Program-made: the position numbers and the translations under genes | The notes under the pieces: generated by a model | Told to the model about the DNA's origin: nothing | Database searches by the model: none | What the model saw: the letters and a program-made list of their open reading frames with translations, nothing else | NCBI GenBank assembly: GCA_040954595.2 | Contig: CM082577.2 | Coordinates: 5,754,301-5,818,300 of the forward strand | Source: Balanoglossus misakiensis | Taxonomy: Eukaryota > Animalia > Hemichordata | Direction: 5' to 3' | Length of the DNA stretch: 64,000 nucleotides | Shown here: in pieces, positions 38,737 to 52,281 of the stretch | How positions within the stretch are numbered: position 1 is the first letter of the stretch | Layout: each line of letters begins with the position of its first letter

Positions 38737-38828
38737 CCTTTCACCCGCAGTTCTCGCATTTAAAGCGGTCCCAACTTTATCATAGGAAACAATGGCTTTT
38801 GAATGGACCATAGTGATGAAAGGGTTAA
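38737..38828. mobile_element. ~90-bp TTAA-type MITE, same family as 40443-40531 in opposite orientation
   Basis: CCTTTCACC...CCAACTTTATCATAGGAAACAATGG...TGAAAGGGTTAA aligns with the reverse complement of 40443-40531. Confidence 0.7.
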
Positions 38829-40031
38829 TACAACCCATAGAGAGAGTAATCCAGACTCAGCATTTTGTTTTTTTTTAAATGCATTAAGTTATACATGGTA
38901 ACAGGGTATAATCAGTTTTGATTTGTAATTTTCTCTTTTAGGGATAATACATATCAAGTTACATTCCCGCCTTAAGAAACATGAAATACGGAACCTCGTT
39001 TTGAACAACACCATTATAAACTATATTGTACATGAGTAGGACAACATCTCATGTTCAAAGGGCATTATTAGTGTTTTCTATTTGAAAATTTTGAGAGATA
39101 TTTTTCCTTTTCGCAAGTTACAAAATGATCATTATTTCATGTTTATTTCCGAGGTAAGTATTTTAAATAAAGGTATAAAGTACCCCTGTGATATTACAAA
39201 ATAGCTTTACATATGTATTTAATTTTCAAAGGAAAAAAGAGATGGGTATAAGATAGAATTGGGAATGTTTGGCTGTAAAACTTCTTAGGAATTATTTCTA
39301 TTTTATCGGAATGTCAATTTAAAGTGCTGGCGTGAATATCACTTGATCTCGAAGATGCATTGACCAACGACATGTTTTTAACCATCCAATTATGAGAATA
39401 CGGTTTTAGAGATTTCAATCAATGCAAAATGAACTTTGTACAAAGCAGTGCATTTTCAGCAATGCAAATTTTTTATTTATATGTTTGTGCCAATTATTGT
39501 GCATGGATAGTGTTAGAGCACACCTTTTGCTGTGCAGAGTAACTTTATTGAAAGTTGACTGTGGTTGTAATTAGGTGATTTTGTTTTACATTGTTTTAAT
39601 GATGCACTAATCATGAGACTTCGGGTTATTGAAAGGGCTGAATAAATTTTTTTTAACTTGAACATAAACGGTTTCTGGTCGCGTTCTTACTTATAGGTTG
39701 GGCCAATTTTAGCACCATTGAGCATTATTATACTGTGAGACATATGAAGATTGTCATACAAATCTTTGGTGTCAAATCTGCTAATTTCTACACTTCAACA
39801 CAGGAAGCACTGTGTTTAAAATTGCTCTTCTACTCTGCTTTAATGCTTGTGACAGTGTTACACACTCCGGTTTAAAATTATTTCCATGATTTTACACTTT
39901 ATTCTGTTAAATATTTACTGTTTCATGAAATTATTTCCCGATAGATTACACTCTTCTGTTAAATACCAAACTGCTTGGTAAAATTCTCATTACTTGATAA
40001 GGACAGCAAGTTCTGGTAGTTGCTCTTTTCA

Positions 40032-42063
40032 CTATGCTTGGCTGAGAATCTCTCGCTCTTTTTCCAAATCCTCCTTGAATCTCTTCTTGATATCGTTGAT
40101 AATGCCATCTTGAAAGAAAACGTCCAGGGCGGTCATTGCCAGTATCTTGGCTTGTTGTAGAGTGGGGCCCTGTGCTTCGGCTTTACCTGTTCAAAAACAG
40201 AAACGTAGAAACTGAAAAATCCAGTGGCATGATATCTATACTTTGTACTTTCCACACAAGACAATGCATAAAGTTTAATTAGAACTGACTGAATTGGACA
40301 CTGGAGGAATTGAGACAATGGGTTTGCAGAGGTGACTCCGGGTTTAACAGAGAGTATGTCATAATCATATTAAAAAGATTTTAAAAAATGTACACACCTT
40401 TGTGTCATAGTATAAACTTCAGATTATGATGTTACTATGACTTTAAACCTTCACCATGGTTCAGTCCAAACCCATTGTTTGCTATGGTAAAGTTGGACCT
40501 CCATAGAGGAAACTAAGGGTGAAAGGGTTAAAAATTACCTGCTTCTGCTTTGTATCCCCTGGAATGAGTGGTTGCTGTGCAACCAATGCCAAACTTTGGA
40601 TGGAAACCTGGGACTACGTGTGTGACATTGCCCATGTCTGTTGATCCTGCATATGCCTTGTCACACTGCTCCGGAGTGAACAACTTGAGCCCAACCAGAT
40701 CTGCGTTGTTTCTGTACAGCTGTATCAGAGGTGCGTTGTGGATGACGTTTGCGTAGTGCCCATGAAATGTGTGCTCCATCTGGAGATACAAACATGCTGA
40801 ATATTATTTCTGTGAGCCACCAAGATGTGATGTTAAAGGGTGATGATCGTCTTATGCGCATATGCCAAATCGGAGACTCTTTGAGAAAAAAACACGCTGA
40901 AAATTACATTCAAGCCCTTACTCACCGTACACCCTGTTGCCTTGGCAGCACCTTCTGCACACAGCAACGCTCTCTGTTGTAACTCGGGCAGTTCGGCGTC
41001 CGTGGGCGTTCTCAGGTAATACTCCACTACTGTCTTCTCGGGGATGATGTTGGGTTTGGTGCCACCGTTTTTGATCACACCTGTCGAATGAGACAATGTA
41101 GAGTTGTTTATAAACATGCGCTCATGATATGAAATTAACTATGACTCTAGTGTCTTTATGTCAATGGCCAACAGACACATTTGACAAAACCAGCTAGGTA
41201 TACATACCATGAATCCTCCATGTCGGTTTCATCTGTTGTCTCATCACAGACATACTCTGATAAAACATCACGGCAGCGTCGAGGGCGTTGACCCCTTCCC
41301 AGGGTGCATAGGCTGCGTGTGACGCTTTGCCATGAAATGTGACATTCATCCTGTCACGAAAACAGTCAATTTCAATTGAACATTACTGAACAAAACGTGT
41401 AGAAATGGAATAGTCAGACAACCAAAGACAAGTTAAATGTACAGACAGATGTCACTTTCATTTTCATGCATGTTGTTACAAGAAAAAGTCTCAGTGACCG
41501 GTAGACTCTTTCCTTGCCCAATGGGGGCGCTGCTCTATACTTAACCATCCCTTTTGCCATTGGACAAGGAACAAGTGTATCTACATGATGAGTGGAACCA
41601 TTACACCATAGAGGGCATCTGGAATCATGACTCCTCATTCAGTTTGTACAATGCATTTGTTAAGCTACTGCTAGTACATGTACGTGTATTGTTGTCTCTG
41701 TAACTGTAAAATCTAAGCTGGACATATCTAATGTATACAATGTGTGAACTTAGCATCAGTGCTGTACACTCTCACTTACGCAGTCATGGCCAGCTGTGTT
41801 GGTGTCGGTATGTTGTTCTCTCTGTCGGTTGGATGCACCATCATGGCCACATCGATGTCCTCAAAAGCTCCTGCTTCTATCAACTGTATTTTTCCGCCGC
41901 CTCCTTCCTCAGCGGGCGTTCCCATTACAATCAGCTAGTATAAAATGTACATTCATTGATTCAAAATGAAAAGATGTTTAGATCTTGTGTATTATACAAC
42001 TGTGAATCACATCATTGATTCATGATTATAATATAATACACAAGATTATGACGATGATGGTGG

Positions 42064-42129
<66 letters not shown>

Positions 42130-42687
42130 GGAAGAAGATGATGATGGTGGTGGTGGTTGTGGTGATTATTATTCTTGGTTTACTTAAATTTATTTCAGAA
42201 AGATGTACTGTGCCCCAATGCTTGCAGGTACCTGTCAATGCCATGATTTAATGGAACTGCACGTGAGCTGACATTTCACATTTGACCTATTGATAGCACT
42301 TATGTTTACCTTTCCAATTTTCTGACCAGCTGACTCCAACGCTGCTTTGGCTCCGATTCCAGCTCCGACTCCAACCTCGGCGATCAGGTTATGTCCGCAC
42401 GCGTGACCTATCTCTGGCAGAGCATCGTATTCCGAAATTAAACAAACATTCAGACCGTCCTTGTTACCTGTATCAAACGTTGCACGGAATGCCGTGTCCA
42501 GTTTGTAGTGTCTCTCGACCTGAAATCCGAATTTTTCTAGGAAATCTGTGAGGACTTTGTGTGCATGTTTTTCCTCGTAGTTGAGTTCAGGATGGGACCA
42601 GATGCTCTGACTCAGCTGGTTCAACTCCTGGCTCGCTGAGTCAACTGCCTTTCGCGCCGTCTCCTTCAGATCTGCTAAGCCAGACAT
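40032..42687 (-). CDS. PM20D2: Peptidase M20 domain-containing protein 2 (M20D amidohydrolase/dipeptidase), 6 exons, 408 aa
   Basis: Minus-strand exons 42687-42310, 41934-41780, 41350-41208, 41080-40926, 40779-40539 and 40186-40032. Motifs: [109 protein letters not shown]. Confidence 0.95.
40443..40531. mobile_element. ~90-bp TTAA-flanked MITE in PM20D2 intron 5
   Basis: TTAAACCTTCACC...GGTGAAAGGGTTAA, with inverted ends and TTAA on both sides. Confidence 0.7.
42051..42165. repeat. (GAT)n microsatellite in PM20D2 intron 1
   Basis: Pure GAT run of about 65 bp with degenerate flanks. Confidence 0.95.
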
Positions 42688-45600
42688 TTTGTTGAGAAGA
42701 ACAAGTCGTCTGCAACTGCAGTCTGGTGGGCGTTCTCGGGTCACGAAATGTCACTTTCATAGAGTGGGGGCGCACTACTTTTTAATGTACATTCCGTATC
42801 ACTATTTGCTAATTTTCTCAAATGTCAACGTGAAAAAATGCTGAGTCACTCAAGCATTTTCAAGCGTTGAATTTTATTTACTTTGACCGAGTTGTGTGCA
42901 ACATTCCGCCGGCCAATCAGCATCAGTCTGCTGGTTCCCTGTCTCATCTCTGCCTCTGAGGGAGCTGTAATGAAAGGTTGAATGGAGTGTGGCACCGAGA
43001 AACAGACCACAACTAGCATGCATGCTCACGCACACAGTCCAGATATTGGACAGATTTTATGTCTCGACTTGACATGTGTCCAAAAAGACTCATCACTACA
43101 TGAATTATGATACATAATGTCACTTTATTGTCACATTATTACATAGAATAGATGCAATACAAACATACAATCACTCCTCTGATTTTCATTTTACTGAATT
43201 CCAACATGAAGTATTATTAGCTAAATACCAAGACCTTAGGCTATGTACAGGTTTAAGGTCACATGTTTACTTTCGGCTTCTGGTTATTATTAATCAACAT
43301 TATTTATAGAAATATGCAATGTTTGGTAATCATCTGGTATGCTAAAAAATATCAGTATGATCAGACTATGGAGGAAATGTGCACACATACATTCATTTTA
43401 CTATTGACACAGGTCATCATTAACCACAGGTTTTCAGTTCCTTTGTGAATTACAAGCACACTGCTTTTGAAATGCTCAGTACATCGGTTGCTTCGAACCA
43501 GTCTTTAAGGAAAGCTGCATCACAGAATTCAGTTTGGCTGCCAACACTGCTCTTACAGTCGCACAAAATTCCATGACTGACCAAAAGTCTTTGCTGTGTC
43601 CTTCCCATAGTGCATCTGAAGTCAACAGCGTCATAATCCTGGAGTGACTGGACTGTTCTGTAGCAAGTTTTTCACGGCGATTGACAATGTTCCAGGGGCT
43701 ATCCATGAGTAAATTACATTTTTCCAAGGACCTTCCAATGAATGCCATCAAATCCCAGGATTTTTCAGTAGCGTACAAACCCTGTTAAACTCACATATAT
43801 ACCGACTTCCAATATTTCCTTTTTCTTACACACTGCTCTCATGAACCTGTTTACATGGATACACATACAATCATGTCACAAATGTAACAAAACACACCCT
43901 TGACTGAAATCACAACAGAAAACCTGCATTGCTATGTACATTGACATCAAAATACACTATACCAAACAGATAGATATAATTGTTTTCCTTTTGTTCATTA
44001 CTGTGGTAGAAACCTAAACGTATCACTCAAATTTGCCAACTCCAGAATCTCATCTAAGTTCTAAAATCTTTCTGGAAAACTTGCCATTGCAAATTGATGT
44101 ACATACAATATTTTCGTTAGATCCTTGTTGCAAACTGACCTGATCATTTTTTGTTTCGTATCATACTGGAGAAATTGCTGCAAAACTTTGTGGATAGACT
44201 GACATTTTTATCTTCACTACCAAAATTTTCTACATGTGCACTCGATGACAGTGCTGGGCTTTCCACGAAAAGGTTTGGCTTTGTACAAAAAATAATAAAA
44301 GGTTGGTTGGACTTGGTGGCTACCTAACAAGTTGAGATTATCATAATACTGCGAAGTCTTACTACACTGTACCCCTAAAAGATGCAAATTTGACAAATCA
44401 TTACTTAGACAAATTTGTTAGTCATGCACATGAATCATGAAGTGCGCCAGTTTCAAACTGGCAGGTCCTACAAGAGTCAGTTGCAGTGTTACAAGATCAC
44501 AGTTTCATTCCAACTATCTACAGTAGATGCTCTCGGATCTGTGTTCAGATGAAAGTTCTAAATGTCTGCATCTGTATTAAGTTGCTACTTGAAATTCTGG
44601 CTTTTTTGTAGAGCAATCTGAAGTTAGTGTAATCTGATGCTGTACAAATTTCAAAGCTTTGAAGTACATTACTTGTAATGGGCAGAAAACTTCAACAGCA
44701 CTTCACAATTTTTTGTCAAATAAAAAAAAATTCCCTTTTCATTCATATTGGTATCAAAGCCTGCGGTTTTAACGTAAATTAGGATTCCTACAGTTTGTAC
44801 GTACATCCATTGAGCCATTTGTACAAGATTGAAAAAAAAATCAAATTTATGAAATCTTGAAATAAAATGGCATCAACGTTGAAAAACAAAATGTGCACGC
44901 AGTCTGCACTTTGTTAACCTTTTGACACAAATATCTCAAAGGAAGGGGTGGGGGCGTAGCTCTTTCGATTTGATAAAAAGTGGGTATCAACAAGATGTCT
45001 ATCATCTTTTTTCCTTTCTATACAAATGAGAAAGGCCCTAATAACCCCTGGAAGTTTATCCACGCAATTAAATCAGTAACCCCACAGAATATATATAGGG
45101 TTCACCCACATGGGGCACCCTGAAATAGTTTCATAATCATAACAAAAAAGTTAACATCAACATTAAAATAGTCATCAATACTGGCATATTTTTTTCATAC
45201 ATCATTGTAAAATATAATCGTAATACAATGAAATACACATTATATTGAAAATAAATTTAGAAATGGGGTTATTCAGGGAGGGCAAAGTCACAGAAGAGTT
45301 TGATAAGAAACGATATCATGATAAAGACTTTCTACGCTAACACGTTCTGTACTAATAATACCCACTGCATAAATTTGCTGCTTTAAAACCCAGCCTCACA
45401 ACTACTGGACGCATGGTTGCTATGACATCGGTCAGATGCACACAGACCAGCATTGATTCCCTTTTATCAACAAATTCTACAATGCTAACTGGCACAGTTT
45501 TTCTTTCTTTACAAACAGTAAAATTCTTGAAAAAAACTGTTACCCTTGTTTAAGAAATCAATTTGTTTTTTTTTTTATATATATAATAGAACTTTATTGC

Positions 45601-46189
45601 TGCATGAATTTAGGCGCTATGACAACATTTTCTGTTGGACTTCCACCTTACATTTTTACTTGTTCAAAAAAAAACCCTGTCCCCTTCCCTACTCATCATA
45701 TAATATTCTTACCCTTTATTCTCCATCACATATTTTTTTTAATTCATATTTTAAAAGCGTTTTATACCTATACCTACCAACTAGTCTACTGGCAACAATT
45801 TTTAAGTACACGGTAAATTCATTTTTATATTTAATTACTCTTTAATTATAAGGCTGCCCAAGAATTTGTTGCTATGGTTACACATCACTTCAAAACGTCT
45901 GATCTGTATGATGCAGGAATATTTGTATCAGTGTATACATACATTTGGGATAAATATACATGGCTAAAGGACAGTAAAGATTAAAAATCAATCATCATGT
46001 CACAGTTGTAAAGTCCTCACTAAATGTACGCTGGCAGAAAGGAAATTTTGGAATATAAGTTTGCAGGCGTTAATGTCAGTTGCATGCAAGTGGTTTTATA
46101 TTCTAGCACCTTATCTAAGCTCTTTATGGTATTTTCCCCCTACATTCAGACTTGGGGAAAGCCTACCTGGTTTTTGCGGCATGTTGCGG

Positions 46190-49100
46190 TTACAATAAAA
46201 ATGGGTTAGTGGACTGCTGCGGAGGGGGTTGAGAGGTTCCAGTGGGGAGGAGGGGCTGGGGGAGGGTCTGCATGGCGCCGCCGTATTGCATGCCGTCGTG
46301 CTGTTCGCCCATGGTGGGCGGGGCCCTCATTTGGTTGAGGGTGGGAGAGGCCGACGTCTGCTGCTGGAATGGGTTGGCCGCCTTGGAGGCCGTGTTGACG
46401 GCGAAGGGATTCATGGAGCCCTGCGTGATCTGCTGCTGCGGGGTGGGGCCGATCAGCGAGTCCAAGTTCACCAGGCTGGAGTTCTCGCCCAAGAAGTCGC
46501 TGGGGGACTTCTTCTTCTGGTCTTGGTCCATTGGAGGGAGGGACTGCGACATGCCGCCCATGTCGAAGAGGTTGTTGTCCTGGCTGGGGAAGGGCTGCTG
46601 GCTGCTGATGGCGGGGCCTCCCAGCATGTCCGCCTGGCCCAGGCCGTCGGTGCGCAGAGAATCAAAGTCGGCGTCCAGATCCGACGCCGCCCCGGCTGCG
46701 GGGGGTTCGCCCCACAGCGACGCCGACTGCGCGGGGGGAGCCACATTGTTTGACGGACCGGCACCCCACGGATCACTGGGAGGGGGAGGAGTCGGCCGGC
46801 TGGTAGACGGTGAAGACCACGGATCGGGGGCCGGCGTCTGCTGCGGCAGGGGGGCTGGCGGTCTCGGCTGTGTTGCTGCCGGCTGGCTCCCCCACGGATC
46901 CACCGGAACGGCCGCCACAGCTGGGGCTCCCCAAGGATCGGCCGGGACGGCCGGTGGCGCCACTGGTTCCGAAGCCCACGGATCTGCCGTGGGCAGGGCC
47001 GGAGCTGCACCGGGCACTGGATCTGCCAAGTCGAGTAGAGCTGATCCTGTAGCTGCACCGGGTGAGGATCCAAGAGCGACTGCGCCATCCTGGAACCAAA
47101 TGCACGAAGCTAGTTAAACTCTTGTACATAATTAATTATCACTGCTGTATAAGTACCTTAAAAAGCATACCGTATCTTCTTGGGAGGGTCTGGAAGTTCA
47201 ATAAATAACATTACCCAGATAATTATTTATTTTCAAAATCTTTAACAAACATGCAATGAAACAAACCCTATCTAAACTTTCATTCAATGCCATCTGCAGT
47301 CGGACATCATCACTGCGTTTTTGTCTCTCGGCTTCGTCTGCTTCTTCTTTACTCATAGCCAGAGCCAGCTGCAGCTGCAATTCCTCTTCCCCGGTGGTCG
47401 TTGGTCGGGCCTGTTCCATTTCTGATAGGTCTATATGGAAGTTTATGGAAACATGTCAAAGGGTATGTGAGAGACTTTCACCGCTAGGGTGTTCCCTGGT
47501 GTTATAATAAGACAACATTGATGTTAAATCTAACCTGGATTCCAGGAGCTAGGAACATCAACAATATCATGGAATAATTGAGAGGGGGTTCATGTGATAA
47601 ATGTTGACCCCCCCCCCCCCCTTCTGTTTTCTATTACATGTACATCTTTTTTGGTTTATCTTTTCAGATACATATACTCTGCATATGGTTGTAATCCAAT
47701 ACAGGAAGTGTACCACTTTTGGTAATCATCTGACTTTCAATTTTGTATTATGTATCATGCTCAGCTACATTAGAATTTATGAAGGAAATCTGGGAAGACC
47801 TCAACTACCCATGAGGTTATCTCAGATTTCAATTCAGTGTTACAATATAGGGAGATAGAAACGCCCTTTCTGCTGATATTGTGGCATGTAATGTAAACAG
47901 ATACAGACTTCAGGGCAAATTTAGTCGAAAAACAATGACCAGACCAAAGTACAGATTTAACATGGTTCAGGGGGAATAGTCTCACACTTCAGAATCAAAT
48001 ATTTACGAATGTAAAATGATAAATGAAAAGGACAACACTATTTACATAACTGCTGTACCTGACAACATACACGGACACTAAAAGAATACAGGCACGCAGT
48101 ACATGTACACACACACACACACACACACTCACACTAACTTCACACAGAACAGCTTGTTAAGGCAGGGAAGCTGTAGAATGAAACCAGCCTCACCATTTGA
48201 TGTAATAAGTGTAAGCAGAAAAAAAACAGAGAAGAAAAGGAGGTAATCTTACATAAGGCTCTCTTGCCGGTATCTCCCTCATGCATTTATAAACCTTACA
48301 TAATAATTAATACACCAAGCTCCTGAATTTTGATGCAAATTCACAAAGAAACGTCAACTTTCTATCATTTTCTTGAAATTTAACTTTGATGGCATGAAGT
48401 GGTTGGTTGTCTGTGGAAATACCCTGTGAATGTGAATGTTTATGCGAGTGGTGTAGTGTTCATTGACGAGTGGCATGATGGCCTAATCATGATACATTGT
48501 ACATATATTTACAATGTTGTGGACTTGCAAATGCAATCATACACTCAAAAAGGGGCTCCAATGGGTGCAAGCGTGAAAAACAACCACATTTGGCCACCAG
48601 ATTTTTTAGCATCGTGCAGTTTTGATGAGTTTATGTGATTGAGTGGTGCATACAATACATTTATGTCGGGGAGGCCAGAATATTGTCCGTGCTAAACAAA
48701 CAGATGAAAACGTTCTAACATGAATGCAGACACTGTGCAAGTTACATAAGTGCTGACATGCTATAGTATTGCAACTGGGAGTTTTTCTGGGCGTCTGTTC
48801 AATAGAGGGTGCAATGCAACTCCAATATCGTCATGGTTTGTCGAATCATGATGTCATCTTGCTTATCTAATGCGCAAAGTTCATAAGATCATCAGGTGTG
48901 TCCTCACAATACACAGGATGCACTTGTGTACTTTGATAAAGAATGGGAGTTGCACATTTATCTCTGTCCTGTGTCAGAATTTGTCGGAAAAATGATATTC
49001 AGGCAAGTTTTCAGAGAAATGATGAAATGTATATCAACATATTTTCTCTTTTTTTCAATCAAATCCTGAATTGTTTTTGAGTGGCTGGGGTTATTTTAAA

Positions 49101-50368
49101 TTACTCCCAGTCATGGGAGTAATTTCTTGGTTGGTTTTATACTCAAACAGAGCTTGCTCATAGTCTACAGTGCCATGCAAAGATGCGATTTTTATGGTTC
49201 TTTCAGAGATCCTGAAAACAAAACAACATTTTTTAGGATTCATAGCAGCAAGATTATTAGTGTACTGTTGATGCAACTCCAGAGAACATCAATCCTAATG
49301 TGTTTCTGGAGAATAAAAAACATGTCGCAAAAGCTATGGTACTGCTACACTTAATTCTGTCAGGCAAAACACTGACAATTTAAGTTATCATCGACATATC
49401 TAAGTTTTTGTCTACAACTCCACAGCAATATTCAACATGTAACTTAGCATGCGGCATGCAGTTGCTGCACAAGTGGGTTGGAATGTACAGAGAGCATGCA
49501 TTCTCCTGTGCAGGTGAGAACAAAACAAGTGTCCTTCGCAAATGTGCATGCAACATGAGACAGTGACATGGTGTGACAGGAACCATCATGCATTATGCCA
49601 ATTCTTCCATGTAAGAATACATGGTTTCTAAGACTACGTGATCGAATATAATTAATAGTATAAATCACTTTGACTGATTGACTACATTTTTCTTTGGATA
49701 CTGAGGGAGGGTTGGGTGGGACAAGAGAATGTAACAGTACCTCCGCTTGGGGGTGTGGTAGATTGAATAGAGGATGGATCAGCGAGATCGCTTTGAATAT
49801 CGGTTTCTGTACCACCTGTCGGATTATAAGAATCCGCCGTCTCCGGGTGACCGCCCGAGGTGCTGCCACCGCCGCTGAAGTTTGTGTCGCTGCCGATTCC
49901 TGACGACGCCTGCGCGAACCTCTCCTTGGCCTTCAGCGCCCGGGCCCGCTCTTGCTTCAGTCGCTCGTCGTCTTTCAACAGAGCCACCAGCTGCTTGGAC
50001 TTCTCGCGAACGTTCACCCCTTGGTCCTTGCCGTCGCGATCCACGAACTGAAAGTCCTTCAGGGTCTGGATCGCAAATATGTTCTCCTTGCACTGTTGGG
50101 CGACGCGCTCCGAGCCGGTCTTTATGATGTAGTCGAGAAGCACGAGCGATTTGTACACATGCCGCCAATTCTTGCCGTGGTCATTTAAACGCTTCCAGAC
50201 CATGGCCATGATTTCTGAGAATGCCACAACATTGTATGTCAAGTCTGCAATTTCTGTCATCAGAGAGCTTGAGGGACCCCATGGGTCATTCGACGTGGCT
50301 TCTCTTACTTTTACCTGTGAATCCGAAAAATTGTTGACGACATTTTTCAGTTGTCTTCTGATAGGCAT
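46190..50368 (-). CDS. EPN2: Epsin (ENTH domain, two UIMs, DPW and NPF motifs), 3 coding exons, 563 aa
   Basis: Minus-strand exons 50368-49741, 47430-47267 and 47089-46190. ENTH domain MPIRRQLKNVVNNFSDSQVKVREATSNDPWGP...KNWRHVYKSL. UIMs EEELQLQLALAMSKEE and DDVRLQMALNES. Clathrin boxes LLDL and LVNLD, five DPW and three NPF motifs, ending TNPFLL*. Probably co-orthologous to EPN1/2/3. Confidence 0.95.
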
Positions 50369-51129
50369 CTTGAATTATTTTTTGGGGGGGATCAGTTCAC
50401 CAAAGCGGAAAAAGTCGTATGCTTTTGTTTGAACCAAATACAAAACAATGTTTTGTGCGGTTCCCTAAAGTCAATGTTCTCCTTTGTAGTGATAGTCTCC
50501 CACTTAGAAATTTTGCCGACAAATACCGGAAGAACTAGCTGTGTCTGTAGCACACAAAGCCTATCTCCTTCCGCATTACCACAAAATCCAAGATGGCGGC
50601 TTCCTGAACATGCGAACACTCTCGTACAGTCAGTAAGGGTGTTTAGGACGATTCTTGAAAGCTGACAACGGTCCAAATTGGCATCGATAGTATGTATGGA
50701 TGTAACTGCCAGTTCCTAAAGAGACAAATACACGATATGTTGTGAGCTTGACAAGTTTATTAACAACTGCGCATTATGAAGTTGTCGGAACTTCACGTGT
50801 CATTGCAATCAGGACTGAACCGGCGATCGGAATCACGGGAGTGAAGCCAACAAATGCATTTCTAGAAACAACCACAAAGGCCATTGATCAATAAACCGTC
50901 ATGTTGACCAAACTGGGAAATGTGGTGCTGCTGCTTTACACACGTGACGTTTGATTTGGTCGCCATGGGATGGAGTTAGTTCAAGAAACGGGGGATCCGA
51001 GGGCAGCTGGCCTTGAAATTTCATACAGTCGAGTCAAACTCGGTGACAGTTTCATGGCGTAGTTCCAAGCATGTCCAAGCTGTTCCGGGAGAAACCCCAT
51101 GTTCTCATTGTATACACTATTAGCTTAAC

Positions 51130-51640
51130 TTACCGACTTTCCTCCGGCGAAAGTTTTCTTTTCTTTTCGACAGAATTAAAATACAAATCCGCCTAATAAT
51201 TCTCCGCGACTCGACAAACTGATTGTAATTGACGAGAAGATGGCGTCGCCCACCAAGTTACACAGGAAGACACGGTACTAGTTGTAACAGCCTTTCTAAA
51301 CTGACCCGTTTAACAAGACTTTCGGTAAACTGTCACGATATTGGGCTTCAAAAGTAAGATTTCCTTCTTTTATAACTTAGAGTGTGTTATTACCCATGTC
51401 TTGGACCGTAAGAGGAGCCTTTCTTCATTTCTAATTGAATGGAGTTCAGGGGTTTTGGCCAATTCAGGGAACAGCGAAGAACCCGGATGTAAAGGACTCG
51501 ACCTATGTTCATTTGTTCATTTTGTTGATAATATACATATGAGTTGTCTGTCGGTGGCCTTTGGGAACGAAGTCAGCACATTCGCACGACCAGTTTAACC
51601 CTTTCTGTTTTTACCAAATACATCAACTAACCAACAGTAA
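51130..51640. promoter_or_regulatory. Putative bidirectional promoter with non-coding first exons of epsin (-) and the orphan membrane-protein gene (+)
   Basis: Minus-strand donor GTAAG at 51133-51129, with a YY1-type AAGATGGCG at ~51237 and a second CAAGATGGCGGC at 50589 just inside the epsin acceptor at ~50604. Plus-strand donor GTAAGT at ~51637 and acceptor TTTTCTCAACAG at ~52251 upstream of the ATG at 52282. CpG-retaining sequence. TSS positions are inferred. Confidence 0.45.
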
Positions 51641-52281
51641 GTAACTTTGCTAGCAATAGTAACGTATCGTCATTCTAACAAAACGTGTCCGCTGTGGCGG
51701 TTACAGAAAGCGAAAGTTTCTTTTCGGGTTTGTAAGTTTACATCATCACAAACTTGTTAATTTAGTAATTCACACTTACTTATGCCGTCTGGCAACTACT
51801 GTATGTTTAGTCGTTGTTGCAAACGTTGTTATGCCCTATGGGTCAGCATGGCCGCGAAAAATTCAATGATCTAGTAAACATAATCCGCTTACCAGGCGAT
51901 GTGATCACAGTCCCATAGGGAACAGTGGTCCCAGTGTTGTTGTTGATAGACAGTGTAGTTTGTGATAATATACCGTTCTCATAGTCAGATAGCCCTGGCC
52001 TTGTGACAAAGGAACTAAGGCTACACGGATGATCACAACGACCAAGGACTTCAATTAGTTTCCTTAGTTTATTATAATGAATGAACCACTTTTATTTTTA
52101 TTTTATATATTTTTCTCAGTGTTTGTGATTGGTTGTACCTGACTATTAGGGAGAACCATTCAATTGGGGGGGGGGGGGGGGCACCAGAAAACACATTGCC
52201 TTTTACACTCCAGTGATCAAAATACATGTACGTAGCTTCCTTTTCTCAACAGAGTAGAGTTCACGAAAGAAAAAAAGTACC

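Noticed and set aside
38012-42687. IDO plus M20 amidohydrolase as a metabolic gene cluster (formamidase role)
   Set aside because: PM20D2 looks like the ordinary conserved ortholog. Adjacency alone is not evidence of a shared pathway.
46229-47129. Several long overlapping ORFs on both strands
   Set aside because: They are shadows of the GC-rich last exon of epsin.
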